Source: Candidatus Iainarchaeum sp. (lineage in GTDB: Archaea > Micrarchaeota > Micrarchaeia > Burarchaeales > Fermentimicrarchaeaceae). Taken from it: DNA of 64,000 bases. The stretch is from positions 1,306-65,305 of the forward strand of contig JAQTMQ010000003.1 in the NCBI GenBank assembly GCA_028714235.1. Direction: 5' to 3'. Under the pieces are notes generated by a model, which saw only the letters and a program-made list of their open reading frames with translations, did not search any database and was not told the origin of the DNA. Position 1 is the stretch's first letter; each line of letters starts with the position of its first letter. This document shows positions 48,961 through 58,770 of this stretch, piece after piece. The translations under genes were made by a program, and so were the position numbers.

Positions 48961-49854
48961 TCAGAATTCCTTCGCCCTTTCCAGCACCTTTTCCAGCGTC
49001 ATGCCGCTCGCGTGGCCGCCCACGTGCTCCTTGATGAGGGATGCGGCGGCGGAGCCGGTTTTAGCGCACTCTTCCACGGGCATGCCCTTCGCGTACGCGG
49101 CAAGGAAGCCGGCGCGGTAGGCGTCGCCCGCCCCTATCGGGTCGCGCATCGCCGACTTCGTGTAGGAGCCGATTTTGAACGAGGCGCCTTCCGTGTGCGC
49201 CTCCGAGCCGCGCTCTCCGTGCGTAATCACGATTACGCGGATGCCGTAGGAAAAAAGCGACTTCCACGAGCCGTTGCCCGTCGTCTTCAGGACTGAATCG
49301 AGCTCGGTCTCGTTCATGGAGAGGATGAGGGTGCGCCGGAAAATGGATTCGAGGTCGTCCTTCGAGTAGCGGGGGGCGTCGTAGCCAGGGTCAAAGGATA
49401 TTCGCGCGCCCGGGGTGGAGGCGGCGAGGCGCCGGTTGAACGCTGGGTTGCCGGTCGCGATGTGGATGAAGTCCCCGCTTGAAAGGCCGAGGCGGGGGAG
49501 GGGGAGGTCGCTGAAGCCGGGCATTGGCTCGAAGTAGAAGACGAGTTCCCCCGTGGACTCGACCACGGGCGCGTATGCGCGCGACGTGTGCGCGCCCTTC
49601 CTGATAGAGACGTGGGCGGTTTCCACTCCGAGGGACTTGAGGTGGCGGTCGTAGTCCGAGCCCGGGAAGTCTTCCCCTGCAAGCGAGATTACGGATGCGC
49701 GCTCTCCGAGCGCGGAAAGCACGGCAGCCACGTTTCCGGCGGTCCCGCCGAACACGCGGTGCATTGAGGACACCTGGACGGCGGTGTTCTTGAGGGGCAT
49801 GCGCGGGCAGTATATGATTGTGTCCAGCGCCAGCGTGCCTACGACGTAAATCAT
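48961..49854 (-). CDS. PfkB family nucleoside/carbohydrate kinase
   Basis: FGGTAGNVA, SFDPG, THGERGS and DPIGAGDAYRAG. Start placed at MIYVVG. Confidence 0.9.
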   Translation of the reverse strand: MIYVVGTLALDTIIYCPRMPLKNTAVQVSSMHRVFGGTAGNVAAVLSALGERASVISLAGEDFPGSDYDRHLKSLGVETAHVSIRKGAHTSRAYAPVVESTGELVFYFEPMPGFSDLPLPRLGLSSGDFIHIATGNPAFNRRLAASTPGARISFDPGYDAPRYSKDDLESIFRRTLILSMNETELDSVLKTTGNGSWKSLFSYGIRVIVITHGERGSEAHTEGASFKIGSYTKSAMRDPIGAGDAYRAGFLAAYAKGMPVEECAKTGSAAASLIKEHVGGHASGMTLEKVLERAKEF

Positions 49855-49871
49855 GTAACCCACCTTTTCCC

Positions 49872-50774
49872 TCACAGCTCGCTTGCGCGCTCGCGCGCCT
49901 CCTCCCAGGACGGGAACCCCTCCTGGCTTCCTATGCGCTCGATGACGAAGGACGCGGTTGCCGAGCCGAATTTCGCGCATTTGTCGAGCGGCATCCCTTT
50001 CGCGCGCGCCGCGAGGAAGCCCGCGCGGTAAGCGTCGCCCGCGCCGGTCGTGTCCACGATTCTCGCCTTCGCGTACGCCTTCACCTCGAAATGCCTGCCG
50101 CCGGAGTAGACGCACGAGCCCAGCCTGCCGTGCGTTATTATGAGCGTTTCGGTTCCGTAGCCGAGGAGCTCTGTGGCCGCGTTTTTTCCGAGCGTGTGAA
50201 GCGCGGTTTCGAGCTCGCGCGTGTTCATGGACGCGGTTTTCACGCGCTGGAGGATGGATTCCAGGTCCTCCTTGGAGTAAAGCGGGGAGTCGTAGCCCGG
50301 GTCAAAGGAGATGCCCGCTCCGGGGTATGCCGCGGCGAGGCGGCGGTTGAACGAGGGCTCGCCCGTCGCGATGTGGATGATGTCGCCCTCTTCCAGGGCG
50401 AGCTTGGGGACTGGAAGGCTTTCGAAGGCGCCCGTCGCGCCGCGATAAAAGAACGACTGGAGGTCCCCGCTTGAGTCCACCGGCATCACCGCGCACGAGG
50501 TCCGCATTCCCCTGACGACCGAGACGTGCGAGGTATCCACCCCGAGCGAGAGCAGCTTTTTTTCGTAGGGAGAGCCCGGGAAGTCCTCGCCGACCGCGGA
50601 AATGACGGACGAGCTTGCGCCGAGGGATGCGAGGCATGCCGCGACGTTTCCTGCCGAGCCGCCGAAGAGCTCGTGCACGCCCGTGACCTGGACCGCGGAA
50701 TTCGGGTGCGGGAAATGGGCGCAGTGGAGAATCGTGTCGAACGCGATTGGGCCTGAAACGTAAATCATCGCCAC
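49872..50774 (-). CDS. PfkB family nucleoside/carbohydrate kinase (tandem paralog)
   Basis: FGGSAGNVA, SFDPGYD and DTTGAGDAYRAGF. Confidence 0.9.
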   Translation of the reverse strand: MAMIYVSGPIAFDTILHCAHFPHPNSAVQVTGVHELFGGSAGNVAACLASLGASSSVISAVGEDFPGSPYEKKLLSLGVDTSHVSVVRGMRTSCAVMPVDSSGDLQSFFYRGATGAFESLPVPKLALEEGDIIHIATGEPSFNRRLAAAYPGAGISFDPGYDSPLYSKEDLESILQRVKTASMNTRELETALHTLGKNAATELLGYGTETLIITHGRLGSCVYSGGRHFEVKAYAKARIVDTTGAGDAYRAGFLAARAKGMPLDKCAKFGSATASFVIERIGSQEGFPSWEEARERASEL

Positions 50775-50796
50775 ACCGGAAAAAGTTGCGCTCCAT

Positions 50797-51216
50797 TCAC
50801 ACGATTTTGATTAATAACGGTTTGCCCGTCGCGTCGTATGCGCGGATTGAATCAGGGGTGAACGGGTATGCGAGGATAAGGTGGGTTTCGCCCGTGGCCC
50901 TGAAGAACTCGAGGTCCGCCTTCGAGGGCCTCGCGCTCCTCGTCGGGTGCGAGTGCACCGAGCCCGAGTGCCCGCTCGTGTAGGGGACGTTGTAAAGGTT
51001 TATCGAGGAGTAGTCTTCGCCGTAAACGCTTTGGGGGATTACGAGGACTTCCGCGATTTCGCCCCTCGCGTTTTTCCTTATGAGCCCGGCGAACTCGGAG
51101 GGATACGTGCTGGCCGCGGCGCGAAGCATGAATTCCGCGGCGTCCCGCGTTATCGGCACGGCAGCCCTGCCCGCATCGCCCGCGTTTTTTTGCATCGCCT
51201 CCTTTTGGCGAGGCAA
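50797..51216 (-). CDS. JAB1/MPN (JAMM) domain metalloprotease
   Basis: E...GSVHSHP....PSKAD JAMM motif. Confidence 0.88.
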   Translation of the reverse strand: MPRQKEAMQKNAGDAGRAAVPITRDAAEFMLRAAASTYPSEFAGLIRKNARGEIAEVLVIPQSVYGEDYSSINLYNVPYTSGHSGSVHSHPTRSARPSKADLEFFRATGETHLILAYPFTPDSIRAYDATGKPLLIKIV

Positions 51217-51219
51217 GCG

Positions 51220-52416
51220 TTAAATGGGGATGGATGCGAGGAGCGCGGGGATGAGGACGAAGCCCATGAGCCCCACCCTCCGCGCGCCGGAAACGAGGGG
51301 CAGCGCGCCAATGAGCGACGCCGCCGCAGTGAGGGCGAGGCCCGGCCACCCCCCGGCGAGAAAGGACGCTGCGGGAAGCAAAACGAGCACGCAGACCGAA
51401 AGCGCCTTCTGGTCAAGGACCGCCGAAATGGAGACGAATTTTTTTGAGAGGAGGAAGACGGCCGCCGACGAGACCGCGACCGAGGCCAGGGCCGCGCCGA
51501 TTATGACCGGGAGGTCGCCTGCGCCGGTTCCCCCGAGGATGGAGCTTATTTGGGCTGCGGCCCCGGTGCGCGCCTTCCCTATCGCTGCAGAGTAGGCGAA
51601 GGAGGAGACGAGGTGCGCGGACGAGACCGAGGCCGCGAGGCACAGGAACCTCTCGGAATCGAGGGCGACGAATATTGACGCGAACAGCGCGACTTGCGCG
51701 GCGCTCCCCATTCCCGGGAAGGCGTCCGCGACGCAGCCAAGCGCGAAGCCGAGGATGATTGCCGGGAAAAAGCCGGACACCGCGATGGGTCCCGTTTCCC
51801 GGGGCGCGGCCGGGGCCGCGTGAGCGCCCTTGAGCGACGCCGCGGCAGCGGGGATTGCGAAGAGGCCGGAAAACGCGGGAAGGAACGGGTCCGCCATCCC
51901 CGAGCCGAACGCGGCCAGGCCGAGGGCGCCCGCGGAGAGCATCGCCGCGCCGCACGCGAGCCTCCTCTCGGAGGTTCTCTCGGTGCAGACCATCGCGAGG
52001 ACCGCCGCCGCTAGGGCGAAGGGCGTGAGCGGCTTGATTAATGGGAACGCCTGCGGGAGAATGAAAAGCAGGAGCGGAACCGACGCGCAGGCGAGGGCGG
52101 CGGACGCGAGCGTGGAAAACGAGTAGAGGCGGAGCGCGCGCTCCGCGAGCCCGGCTTTCGCGAGCCTGTGGCCGGGAAGAACGGAAGCCGCGGAGTCCGC
52201 GCCGGGGATGAAGAAAAGGATTGCAGGGACCGCCTCGAACGCGAGCCGCGCGCACGCGAGCGCGGCAAGGAAAGCGGCCCAAGCCTCGCCGTCGAAAGGC
52301 GCGCCCGCGGAAACGGCGAGGGCTTGCAGCGTGTTCGAGTGCAGGCCCGGAAGCGCGGAAAGCGCGCCGACGAGCGTCCCGGACGCGAGGGCGAGCGCGC
52401 ACGACTCCGGGCTCAT
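51220..52416 (-). CDS. TctA/DUF112-family membrane permease
   Basis: LPGLHSNT and SVLPGHRL...G motifs, with many TMs. Confidence 0.8.
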   Translation of the reverse strand: MSPESCALALASGTLVGALSALPGLHSNTLQALAVSAGAPFDGEAWAAFLAALACARLAFEAVPAILFFIPGADSAASVLPGHRLAKAGLAERALRLYSFSTLASAALACASVPLLLFILPQAFPLIKPLTPFALAAAVLAMVCTERTSERRLACGAAMLSAGALGLAAFGSGMADPFLPAFSGLFAIPAAAASLKGAHAAPAAPRETGPIAVSGFFPAIILGFALGCVADAFPGMGSAAQVALFASIFVALDSERFLCLAASVSSAHLVSSFAYSAAIGKARTGAAAQISSILGGTGAGDLPVIIGAALASVAVSSAAVFLLSKKFVSISAVLDQKALSVCVLVLLPAASFLAGGWPGLALTAAASLIGALPLVSGARRVGLMGFVLIPALLASIPI

Positions 52417-52790
52417 TCGAGCACCTCAAGCGATTCCACCACGAGCCCGCTCTCGCCATCGTGGCGCGACACGGTCCCTTTCACGCGCACGTGCGCGCCC
52501 TTCCGGAGCAGCGCGATTTCCGGGCCGGCTGAAGCCATCGCCGCCGCTGCGCCCCTGAAGATTACGGCGCGCGCGCACTCGCCGTCGCAGACGGTGAAAA
52601 AGACGTTCCCGTTCCGCTGGTAAACGGATTGCGCGACCCCGCTCACCGTGACCGCGCTCCCGGGCTGCAGGCCGGAAAGGCCTCCCACGCTTTCCGCGGC
52701 GTACGCCGGCCCTCCCGTCCCTAGGGAGAAAAGCAGCAGGCCCGCCGCTGCAAGCATGGCGCACGAAAGGAAGAGGTGCTCGTCCCGCAT
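52413..52790 (-). CDS. Membrane-anchored OB-fold protein
   Basis: N-terminal TM, then VTVSGVAQSV...FFTVCDG...AVIF...VRVKGTV. Confidence 0.7.
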   Translation of the reverse strand: MRDEHLFLSCAMLAAAGLLLFSLGTGGPAYAAESVGGLSGLQPGSAVTVSGVAQSVYQRNGNVFFTVCDGECARAVIFRGAAAAMASAGPEIALLRKGAHVRVKGTVSRHDGESGLVVESLEVLE

Positions 52791-52896
52791 TTCGCTCACG
52801 GAAGAAGAAGCTGATTGTTTTCGCGCGAGGGGCTTAATTACCCTTTCGCGGCCCGCCCAGCGCCGCTTATAAATTCGGAACGCAAAAGATTGCGGC

Positions 52897-53808
52897 ATGG
52901 AAACGCCTGGGCTGGTCGTGGTGGGCTCCATGGCCCTGGACGACATCCGGACCCCGTTCGGCGAGGTGAAGAAGACCCTGGGCGGGGCGGCGACTTACGC
53001 CGGGATTGCGGCAAGCATTTTCACGAAGGTGGGGGTCATCGCGGTGGTGGGGAAGGATTTCCCCGAGGAGCACATCCGGTTCCTGAACGGGAAGGGCATT
53101 GACACGCGCGGGGTGAAGTTTGCGGAAGGGCGCACGTTCAGGTGGAGCGCGTATTACGAGTACGACATGGCGCAGGCGCACACGCTTAAGACCGAGCTCA
53201 ACGTTTTCTCCGGGTTCAGCCCGGAGGTGCCGGACGGGTTTTCCGGGGCCGGGCACGTTTTCCTCGCAAACATCGACCCGAAGCTCCAGATGCACGTGCT
53301 CGGGCAGATGAGGGACGCGCGGTTTACCGCGCTGGACACCATGAACTTCTGGATTGGGAGGTCGCGGCAACGCCTGACCGAGGCGATAGGGAAGGTTGAC
53401 GCCGTCTTCATAAACGACGCCGAGCTCCGCCAGCTTTGCGGGACGCACAGCCTGGTCAAGGCCGCGAAGCATGTTTTGCGCATGGGCCCGGAATTCGTCG
53501 TCGTGAAGAAAGGCGAGCACGGCGCGCTCCTTTTCAGCGCCGAAGGAGCGTTTTCGGCCCCCGCCTTCCCGCTCGAGGACGTCATCGACCCGACGGGCGC
53601 CGGCGACTCGTTCGCGGGCGCGGCGATGGGCTGGCTTGCGAAGTCGGGGGGCGCGGACGAAAAGCAGGTCCGCAAGGCCGTGATTTACGGGACCGCGGTC
53701 GCAAGCTTCAACGCGGAGCATTTCGGCGCGGGAAAGCTCAGGGGCCTGACGATTGAGGAGGTCGAGGAGCGCGTCCGCAGGCTCGCCGAGCTTTCGCGCT
53801 TCGAGTGA
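52897..53808 (+). CDS. PfkB family kinase
   Basis: VVGSMALD, LGGAATY, KKGEHGA and DPTGAGDSFAG. Confidence 0.9.
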   Translation: METPGLVVVGSMALDDIRTPFGEVKKTLGGAATYAGIAASIFTKVGVIAVVGKDFPEEHIRFLNGKGIDTRGVKFAEGRTFRWSAYYEYDMAQAHTLKTELNVFSGFSPEVPDGFSGAGHVFLANIDPKLQMHVLGQMRDARFTALDTMNFWIGRSRQRLTEAIGKVDAVFINDAELRQLCGTHSLVKAAKHVLRMGPEFVVVKKGEHGALLFSAEGAFSAPAFPLEDVIDPTGAGDSFAGAAMGWLAKSGGADEKQVRKAVIYGTAVASFNAEHFGAGKLRGLTIEEVEERVRRLAELSRFE

Positions 53809-55103
53809 GGGTTCTTTCGGGCTTGATGGGAATGGGTTTGGTCGTGCGGAACGCGGTCGTCCTCACGCAGGACGCCGGGCGCCGCGTGCTCAAGGACTGC
53901 GACGTGCTCGTAGAGGGGGAAAGTATCTCCCGCGTGGGAAAAGGCCTGCAGGGAAAAGCGGAGTTTGAGATTGACGGGAAGGGGAAGCTCCTGCTGCCCG
54001 GCCTCGTGAACTGCCACACGCACGCGGCGATGACGGTTTTCCGCGGCCTTGCGGACGACTGCGAGTTTTTCGAGGGGTGGGAGGGAAGGGTGTGGCCCGC
54101 GGAGAAAAGGCTCAAGCCGCGCCACGTTTACGCGGGCGCGCGGCTCGCGCTCCTCGAAATGGTGAGGAGCGGGACGACCTCCTTCCTTGACATGTACTTT
54201 TTCCCGGACGAAACCGCGCGCGCGTGCAGGGAGCTCGGCGTGCGCGGGGTCTTGGGCGCGCCGATTTTTGACGCGCCCGTCGTTGACGGCGGAACGGAGG
54301 ACACGTTCAGGAAGAGCGGGGGCGAGGGGCTCGTCAGGTTCGGCACCATGCCCCACGCGCCCTACACCGTGGGGGAGGAGGGCTACAGGAAGGCGGCGGC
54401 TTTCGCCGAGCGCGAGGGATGCGTCCTCCACACGCACGTGGCGGAAACGAGGAGGGAGGTTCACGACGTGAAGAAGGCGACCGGGAAACGGCCCGTAGAG
54501 TGGCTGGAGTCCATCGGCGCGCTTTCCCCGAGGACTGTGGCGGCGCACTGCGTCTGGGTCACGAGGCAGGAGGCGGGCATCCTCGGAAGGAACGGCGTGA
54601 CGGTTGCGCACTGCCCGGTGAGCGGCATGAAGCTTGCCGGGGGAGGGGTTACGCCGATCCCGGAGCTGTCGGAAGCGGGCGCGAACGTCACGCTCGGGAC
54701 GGACGGGGCGGCCTCCAACAACTCGCTTGACATGATTGAAACGATGAAGGTTTGCTCGCTTCTCCAGAAGCACTCGCGGTGGAACGCGGCCGCGGCGGAT
54801 GCCGGCCAGGTCCTCGATTTTGCGACGAGGAACGGGGCGAGGGCGCTCGGGATTGACGGGGGGAGCATTGAGGAGGGAAGGCTTGCGGACTTCATACTCC
54901 TCGATTTGCGGCACCCGAACATGCTCCCGGTTTCCTCTGTCGGCTTCGCGCCGCTCGTGGTCTATTCCGCGAACCCGTCAAACGTTTGCGACGTCGTGGT
55001 GAACGGGAAGCCGGTGCTGCTCGGGGGCAGGTTCGCTTCCGCTCCGGCTGAAATGATTGCGAGGGATGCCGAGAAGGCGGTCGCGGAATTGCACTGGGCC
55101 TAG
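53805..55103 (+). CDS. Amidohydrolase, MTA/SAH/5'-deoxyadenosine deaminase (MtaD/DadD-like); true start may be 53826 or 53832
   Basis: PGLVNCHTH, SGTT...DMY, PHAPYT, HVAET and GTDGAASNNSLDM. Confidence 0.85.
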   Translation: MRVLSGLMGMGLVVRNAVVLTQDAGRRVLKDCDVLVEGESISRVGKGLQGKAEFEIDGKGKLLLPGLVNCHTHAAMTVFRGLADDCEFFEGWEGRVWPAEKRLKPRHVYAGARLALLEMVRSGTTSFLDMYFFPDETARACRELGVRGVLGAPIFDAPVVDGGTEDTFRKSGGEGLVRFGTMPHAPYTVGEEGYRKAAAFAEREGCVLHTHVAETRREVHDVKKATGKRPVEWLESIGALSPRTVAAHCVWVTRQEAGILGRNGVTVAHCPVSGMKLAGGGVTPIPELSEAGANVTLGTDGAASNNSLDMIETMKVCSLLQKHSRWNAAAADAGQVLDFATRNGARALGIDGGSIEEGRLADFILLDLRHPNMLPVSSVGFAPLVVYSANPSNVCDVVVNGKPVLLGGRFASAPAEMIARDAEKAVAELHWA

Positions 55104-55693
55104 GGGGCGCGCCTTCGCAGCGTGACCAGGCTTTCCGTGCATTCCCCGATGCTCTTGCCGGCGACCACGATGCCGTGGCCTTTCGCGACGGCCGCGTTGC
55201 CTTTCGCGAGCAGGCCGGCGACGGCTTGCGCAAGCTCCTTGGTCCCGTAAGCGTTCTCTGCCTCGGTCACCGGGAGCTTCAGCTTCCTGATTGCATCCTC
55301 GGAGACGAGGAGCCTGTCGTGGACGTGGATTATCGCGTTCACGTCCTTCCGGGTCTTGTAGACGAGGTCGTGCATGGGCGTCTCGGACGAGGGCTCCTTG
55401 AGCCCCGCGGCCTTCGTGAGCGTGTTCGACTCCGCGTCGAACCCTTCCACCACCACGAAGTCCTCGTCCGAAAGCCTGGAGAGGTCGGACGCGGTGGCCG
55501 TGATGATGAACTTGCTTCCCGTCCGCACGCTCAGGTTCCCCGTCGTGCCCTGGGCGAGGCCGCGTTCGGAAAGCTCCTTGCCCGCCTTCTTCATCGCCCG
55601 GATTTGCGCCTTGTTTTCAACCGTAAAAACAGTCTTCCTCTCAAGCGCGCCATCGGGAATTGAGTATTTGACTCCGGTGTAATGCTCAGCCAT
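55100..55693 (-). CDS. Class II aldolase/adducin family protein
   Basis: GNLSVR, PSSETPMH, AIIHVH and KGHG. Confidence 0.88.
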   Translation of the reverse strand: MAEHYTGVKYSIPDGALERKTVFTVENKAQIRAMKKAGKELSERGLAQGTTGNLSVRTGSKFIITATASDLSRLSDEDFVVVEGFDAESNTLTKAAGLKEPSSETPMHDLVYKTRKDVNAIIHVHDRLLVSEDAIRKLKLPVTEAENAYGTKELAQAVAGLLAKGNAAVAKGHGIVVAGKSIGECTESLVTLRRRAP

Positions 55694-55823
55694 CAGGTTT
55701 TACCAAAGGCAGGTTTCGGGCTTGACGCATATAAATTTAACGCAGGGGAAGGCGCGGGCGAATCCCGCGCACGACATGGTTTATAACTCTGGCCCGACCC
55801 AAAAAATCGTGCGGTGATTTTTC

Positions 55824-57056
55824 ATGGACTGCAAAATCAGGGATGCCTCGCTTTCGGCGCAGGGGAAACTGAACGTTGACTGGGCGGAAAAGCGCATGCC
55901 AGTGCTTTCGGTGGTCGCGGAAGAGTTTTCCGGGACGAAGCCGTTTTCCGGGCTCAGGATTGGCGCCTGCCTTCACGTCACGAAGGAGACCGCGGTCCTC
56001 ATGCGCGCGCTCAAGGCCGGGGGCGCGCAGCTCTGGCTTTGCGGCAGCAACCCGCTTTCCACGCAGGACGACGTCGCGGCCGAGCTCGTTTCTGAAGGCG
56101 TGGGGGTTTTCGCGTGGCGCGGCCAGTCGGCGGAAGAGTACGCATGGTGCATCGGGAAGGTGCTTGACGCGAAGCCCGACATCGTGCTTGACGACGGCGC
56201 GGACCTGACGGTCGAGGCCCACGCGCGGGGGCTGAAGCCGCTTGGCGGGACCGAGGAGACGACCACGGGCGTGCTCCGGCTCGCCGCGCTCGAGCGCGAG
56301 GGGAAGCTCGGGTTCCCGCTGATTGCGGTCAACGACGCGAAGACGAAGATGATGTTCGACAACAGGTACGGGACCGGGCAGAGCACGATTGAGGGCATAA
56401 TCCGGGCGACGTCCGTGCTCCTCGCGGGCAAAAAGTTCGTCGTGGCCGGCTACGGGTGGTGCGGGAAGGGCGCGGCGATGCGCGCGAAAGGGCTTGGCGC
56501 GAGCGTGGTCGTCACGGAAGTGGACCCGGTGAAGGCGCTTGAGGCGGCGATGGACGGCTTCGAGGTGATGCGGATGGACGACGCGGCGAAAACCGGGGAC
56601 GTCTTCGTCACCGTCACGGGCGACAGGGACGTCATAGTGGGAAGGCATTTCGAGGCTATGAAGGACGGCGCGATTCTCGCGAACTCGGGCCACTTTGACG
56701 TCGAGGTGGACGTGAAGGGCCTGAAGGCGCTCGCGAAGTCCGTCAGGCGGGTGAGGCCGTGCGTGGACGAGTACGAGATGATGGACGGACGCCGGCTCTG
56801 CCTCCTCGGCGAAGGCAGGCTCGTCAACCTCGCGTGCGCGGAAGGCCACCCGAGCGAGGTGATGCAGATGAGCTTTGCGAACCAGGCGCTTTGCGCCGAG
56901 TTCATAGCGAAGGCCAGGGGAAGGCTTCCGGCCAGGCTTTCCAAGGTGCCCGAAGAGATTGACGCGAGGGTCGCCGCGCTCGCGCTCAGGGCGATGGGCA
57001 GGCAGATTGACGCGCTGACCCCGGAGCAGGAGGCGTACCTGAAAAGCTGGGCTTGA
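55824..57056 (+). CDS. ahcY: Adenosylhomocysteinase (SAH/SIH hydrolase)
   Basis: [40 protein letters not shown] and GRLVNL...GHP. Confidence 0.95.
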   Translation: MDCKIRDASLSAQGKLNVDWAEKRMPVLSVVAEEFSGTKPFSGLRIGACLHVTKETAVLMRALKAGGAQLWLCGSNPLSTQDDVAAELVSEGVGVFAWRGQSAEEYAWCIGKVLDAKPDIVLDDGADLTVEAHARGLKPLGGTEETTTGVLRLAALEREGKLGFPLIAVNDAKTKMMFDNRYGTGQSTIEGIIRATSVLLAGKKFVVAGYGWCGKGAAMRAKGLGASVVVTEVDPVKALEAAMDGFEVMRMDDAAKTGDVFVTVTGDRDVIVGRHFEAMKDGAILANSGHFDVEVDVKGLKALAKSVRRVRPCVDEYEMMDGRRLCLLGEGRLVNLACAEGHPSEVMQMSFANQALCAEFIAKARGRLPARLSKVPEEIDARVAALALRAMGRQIDALTPEQEAYLKSWA

Positions 57057-57062
57057 GCCGCG

Positions 57063-57914
57063 CTAAGGGCGGGCAATCCCCACCACTTTCACCGCGAAGT
57101 TGAGCGCGTGCCCGGCAAGCGGGTGGTTCGTGTCCAGCACGAAGTAGTCGTCCTGTATGTCCACGACCTTTGCGACCTGCGGGTAGCCGTCCGCGCCCTT
57201 CACGTAATACTGGTTCCCGAGAATCGGCTGCCTCCGCAGCGTTATCGCCGTGTCGTTGATGGCCACCACCTGCTCCACCCAGCTTTGCGTTTGTATTGAC
57301 TGGTTGATTTCAGGGTTGTGCCGGAGCATCACGTCCGAAGACGTGACCGCGATGATGTCCGCCTCCCACGCGCCGAGGCTCACGCTCGTGTCCCCCGAAA
57401 AGTTGAAATCCGGGAATACGGCGAGGAAATCGGAGATGTTGACCGTCTCTATCCTCGGGGTCGGGTAATCGCGGGGCATGACCGCGATTTTCCCTGCGTC
57501 GTATTCGCCGTACCCATCGCCGGGCTGGACGGTGAACGCCTTTTCCTCGCCCTCGTGCATGCCGGTCAGCGCCGCCTCGAAGCCGGAAATCACCTGGCCG
57601 GCGCCGATTGTGACGTTCAACGGCTCGTAGGCCACGCCCTCCTTGTAAAGCCCGGCCGCCCTGGCCACGCTTTCTATTGACGTGTCGTAAACCGTGCCGT
57701 TGTCCAGCGTGAGCGTGTAGTCCGCGAAAACAGTGTCGCCGCTCCGCGCCTCCAGGCTCGGGTCGGGCGTCGCGGCGGGAAGCGGGGTGGGGGTGGAATT
57801 CGGCCCTCCCGCGCCGTGGCCGGCGCCCCACATCTGGGTCGCGGCGGCCGCCACCAGGATTATTGCCGCCGTTGCGAGCGCGGCGTAAGCCATGTTGATT
57901 TTCAACCGTTTCAC
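57063..57914 (-). CDS. FKBP-type peptidyl-prolyl isomerase with an N-terminal membrane anchor
   Basis: TM, then GDTV..DYT...GTVYDTS, GQVISGFE and DTNHPLAG. Confidence 0.88.
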   Translation of the reverse strand: MKRLKINMAYAALATAAIILVAAAATQMWGAGHGAGGPNSTPTPLPAATPDPSLEARSGDTVFADYTLTLDNGTVYDTSIESVARAAGLYKEGVAYEPLNVTIGAGQVISGFEAALTGMHEGEEKAFTVQPGDGYGEYDAGKIAVMPRDYPTPRIETVNISDFLAVFPDFNFSGDTSVSLGAWEADIIAVTSSDVMLRHNPEINQSIQTQSWVEQVVAINDTAITLRRQPILGNQYYVKGADGYPQVAKVVDIQDDYFVLDTNHPLAGHALNFAVKVVGIARP

Positions 57915-58051
57915 CTTCCGAAAAGCCCGCCGAGAAAGGACTTGAGCCGCGAAAGAACGCCTTCCCTTTTCCGCCTGAAGTCCTTTGACGAGTGAAGCGA
58001 GCCGTACTTCGCCTGCTGGGCTGAAAATGCCTTCCAGGAGCGCTCAGCCAT
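57911..58051 (-). CDS. Small protein (46 aa) ending in an amphipathic helix
   Basis: Manual translation MAERSWKAFSAQQAKYGSLHSSKDFRRKREGVLSRLKSFLGGLFGR*. Its TGA overlaps the FKBP GTG (GTGA), and it fills the gap after dph6. Confidence 0.6.
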   Translation of the reverse strand: MAERSWKAFSAQQAKYGSLHSSKDFRRKREGVLSRLKSFLGGLFGR

Positions 58052-58079
58052 CGCTAATTGTTTTGGCTCCGCTGGCTTT

Positions 58080-58760
58080 TTAACGTGTGGGCGAAAGTTC
58101 GGCGCCGGCGGCCTCCATCGTGCCGGAAGAGCCGCGCCAGACCGTCTTCGTTTCGCGAAGCCGCAGGCGCTTGCTGAAGAACGGCGCGTTGAGCACGAGG
58201 GTTTCGAATTCGCCGCCCTCGCCGCAGACCGAGATTCCGGTTTTTTCGCGGAGCCGGATTAGGTCGCGCACGCATTTTTCGTCGTAGGGCCTGCCGAGCC
58301 ATCCTTCCCCGAGGCCTTCGGCCGAAACCGAGACGATTACCGCCTCGAGGCTTTCCGCCTCCTCGAGCGCGAGCCGCTCCTGCGGCTTGCGCCAAAGCGG
58401 GGCGAACGACTTGAGGCCGAGCTCCTCGCAGGTGAGGTCCACGCGCTCCTTCTGGTATTCGCTTTCGATCGCGCCGGAAACGACGCCGTCGATTCCGAGC
58501 CCGGAGAGGGCGCGCTTCAGGTCCGCGACCTCCTTTTCCTTTTCGCCTTTTGATTCGACGAACCTGTGCGGGATGCCTGCGGCTTCCGCCTGCAGCTTCG
58601 TGAGTTCAACGTTCGGGTGGTGGAACATGAAGGAGTCCGGGTTCGCGGTCTGGATTGTGACGAGGCGCGCGACCTCCCAGCCGTGCTGCATGGCGAGCCA
58701 CGCCGCGTAGGCGGAGTCCTTGCCTCCGGAGAAGAGAGCGGCAACCTTCAAGCTCGCCAC
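58080..58760 (-). CDS. dph6: Diphthine--ammonia ligase (Dph6)
   Basis: LFSGGKDS, SFMFH, GAIESEYQ and GEGGEFET. Confidence 0.92.
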   Translation of the reverse strand: MASLKVAALFSGGKDSAYAAWLAMQHGWEVARLVTIQTANPDSFMFHHPNVELTKLQAEAAGIPHRFVESKGEKEKEVADLKRALSGLGIDGVVSGAIESEYQKERVDLTCEELGLKSFAPLWRKPQERLALEEAESLEAVIVSVSAEGLGEGWLGRPYDEKCVRDLIRLREKTGISVCGEGGEFETLVLNAPFFSKRLRLRETKTVWRGSSGTMEAAGAELSPTR

Positions 58761-58770
58761 CGCCTGAATC

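Noticed and set aside
57914-58080. Possible ncRNA in the FKBP-dph6 gap
   Set aside because: No recognisable tRNA, SRP or RNase P features. A coupled 46-codon ORF explains the gap better.
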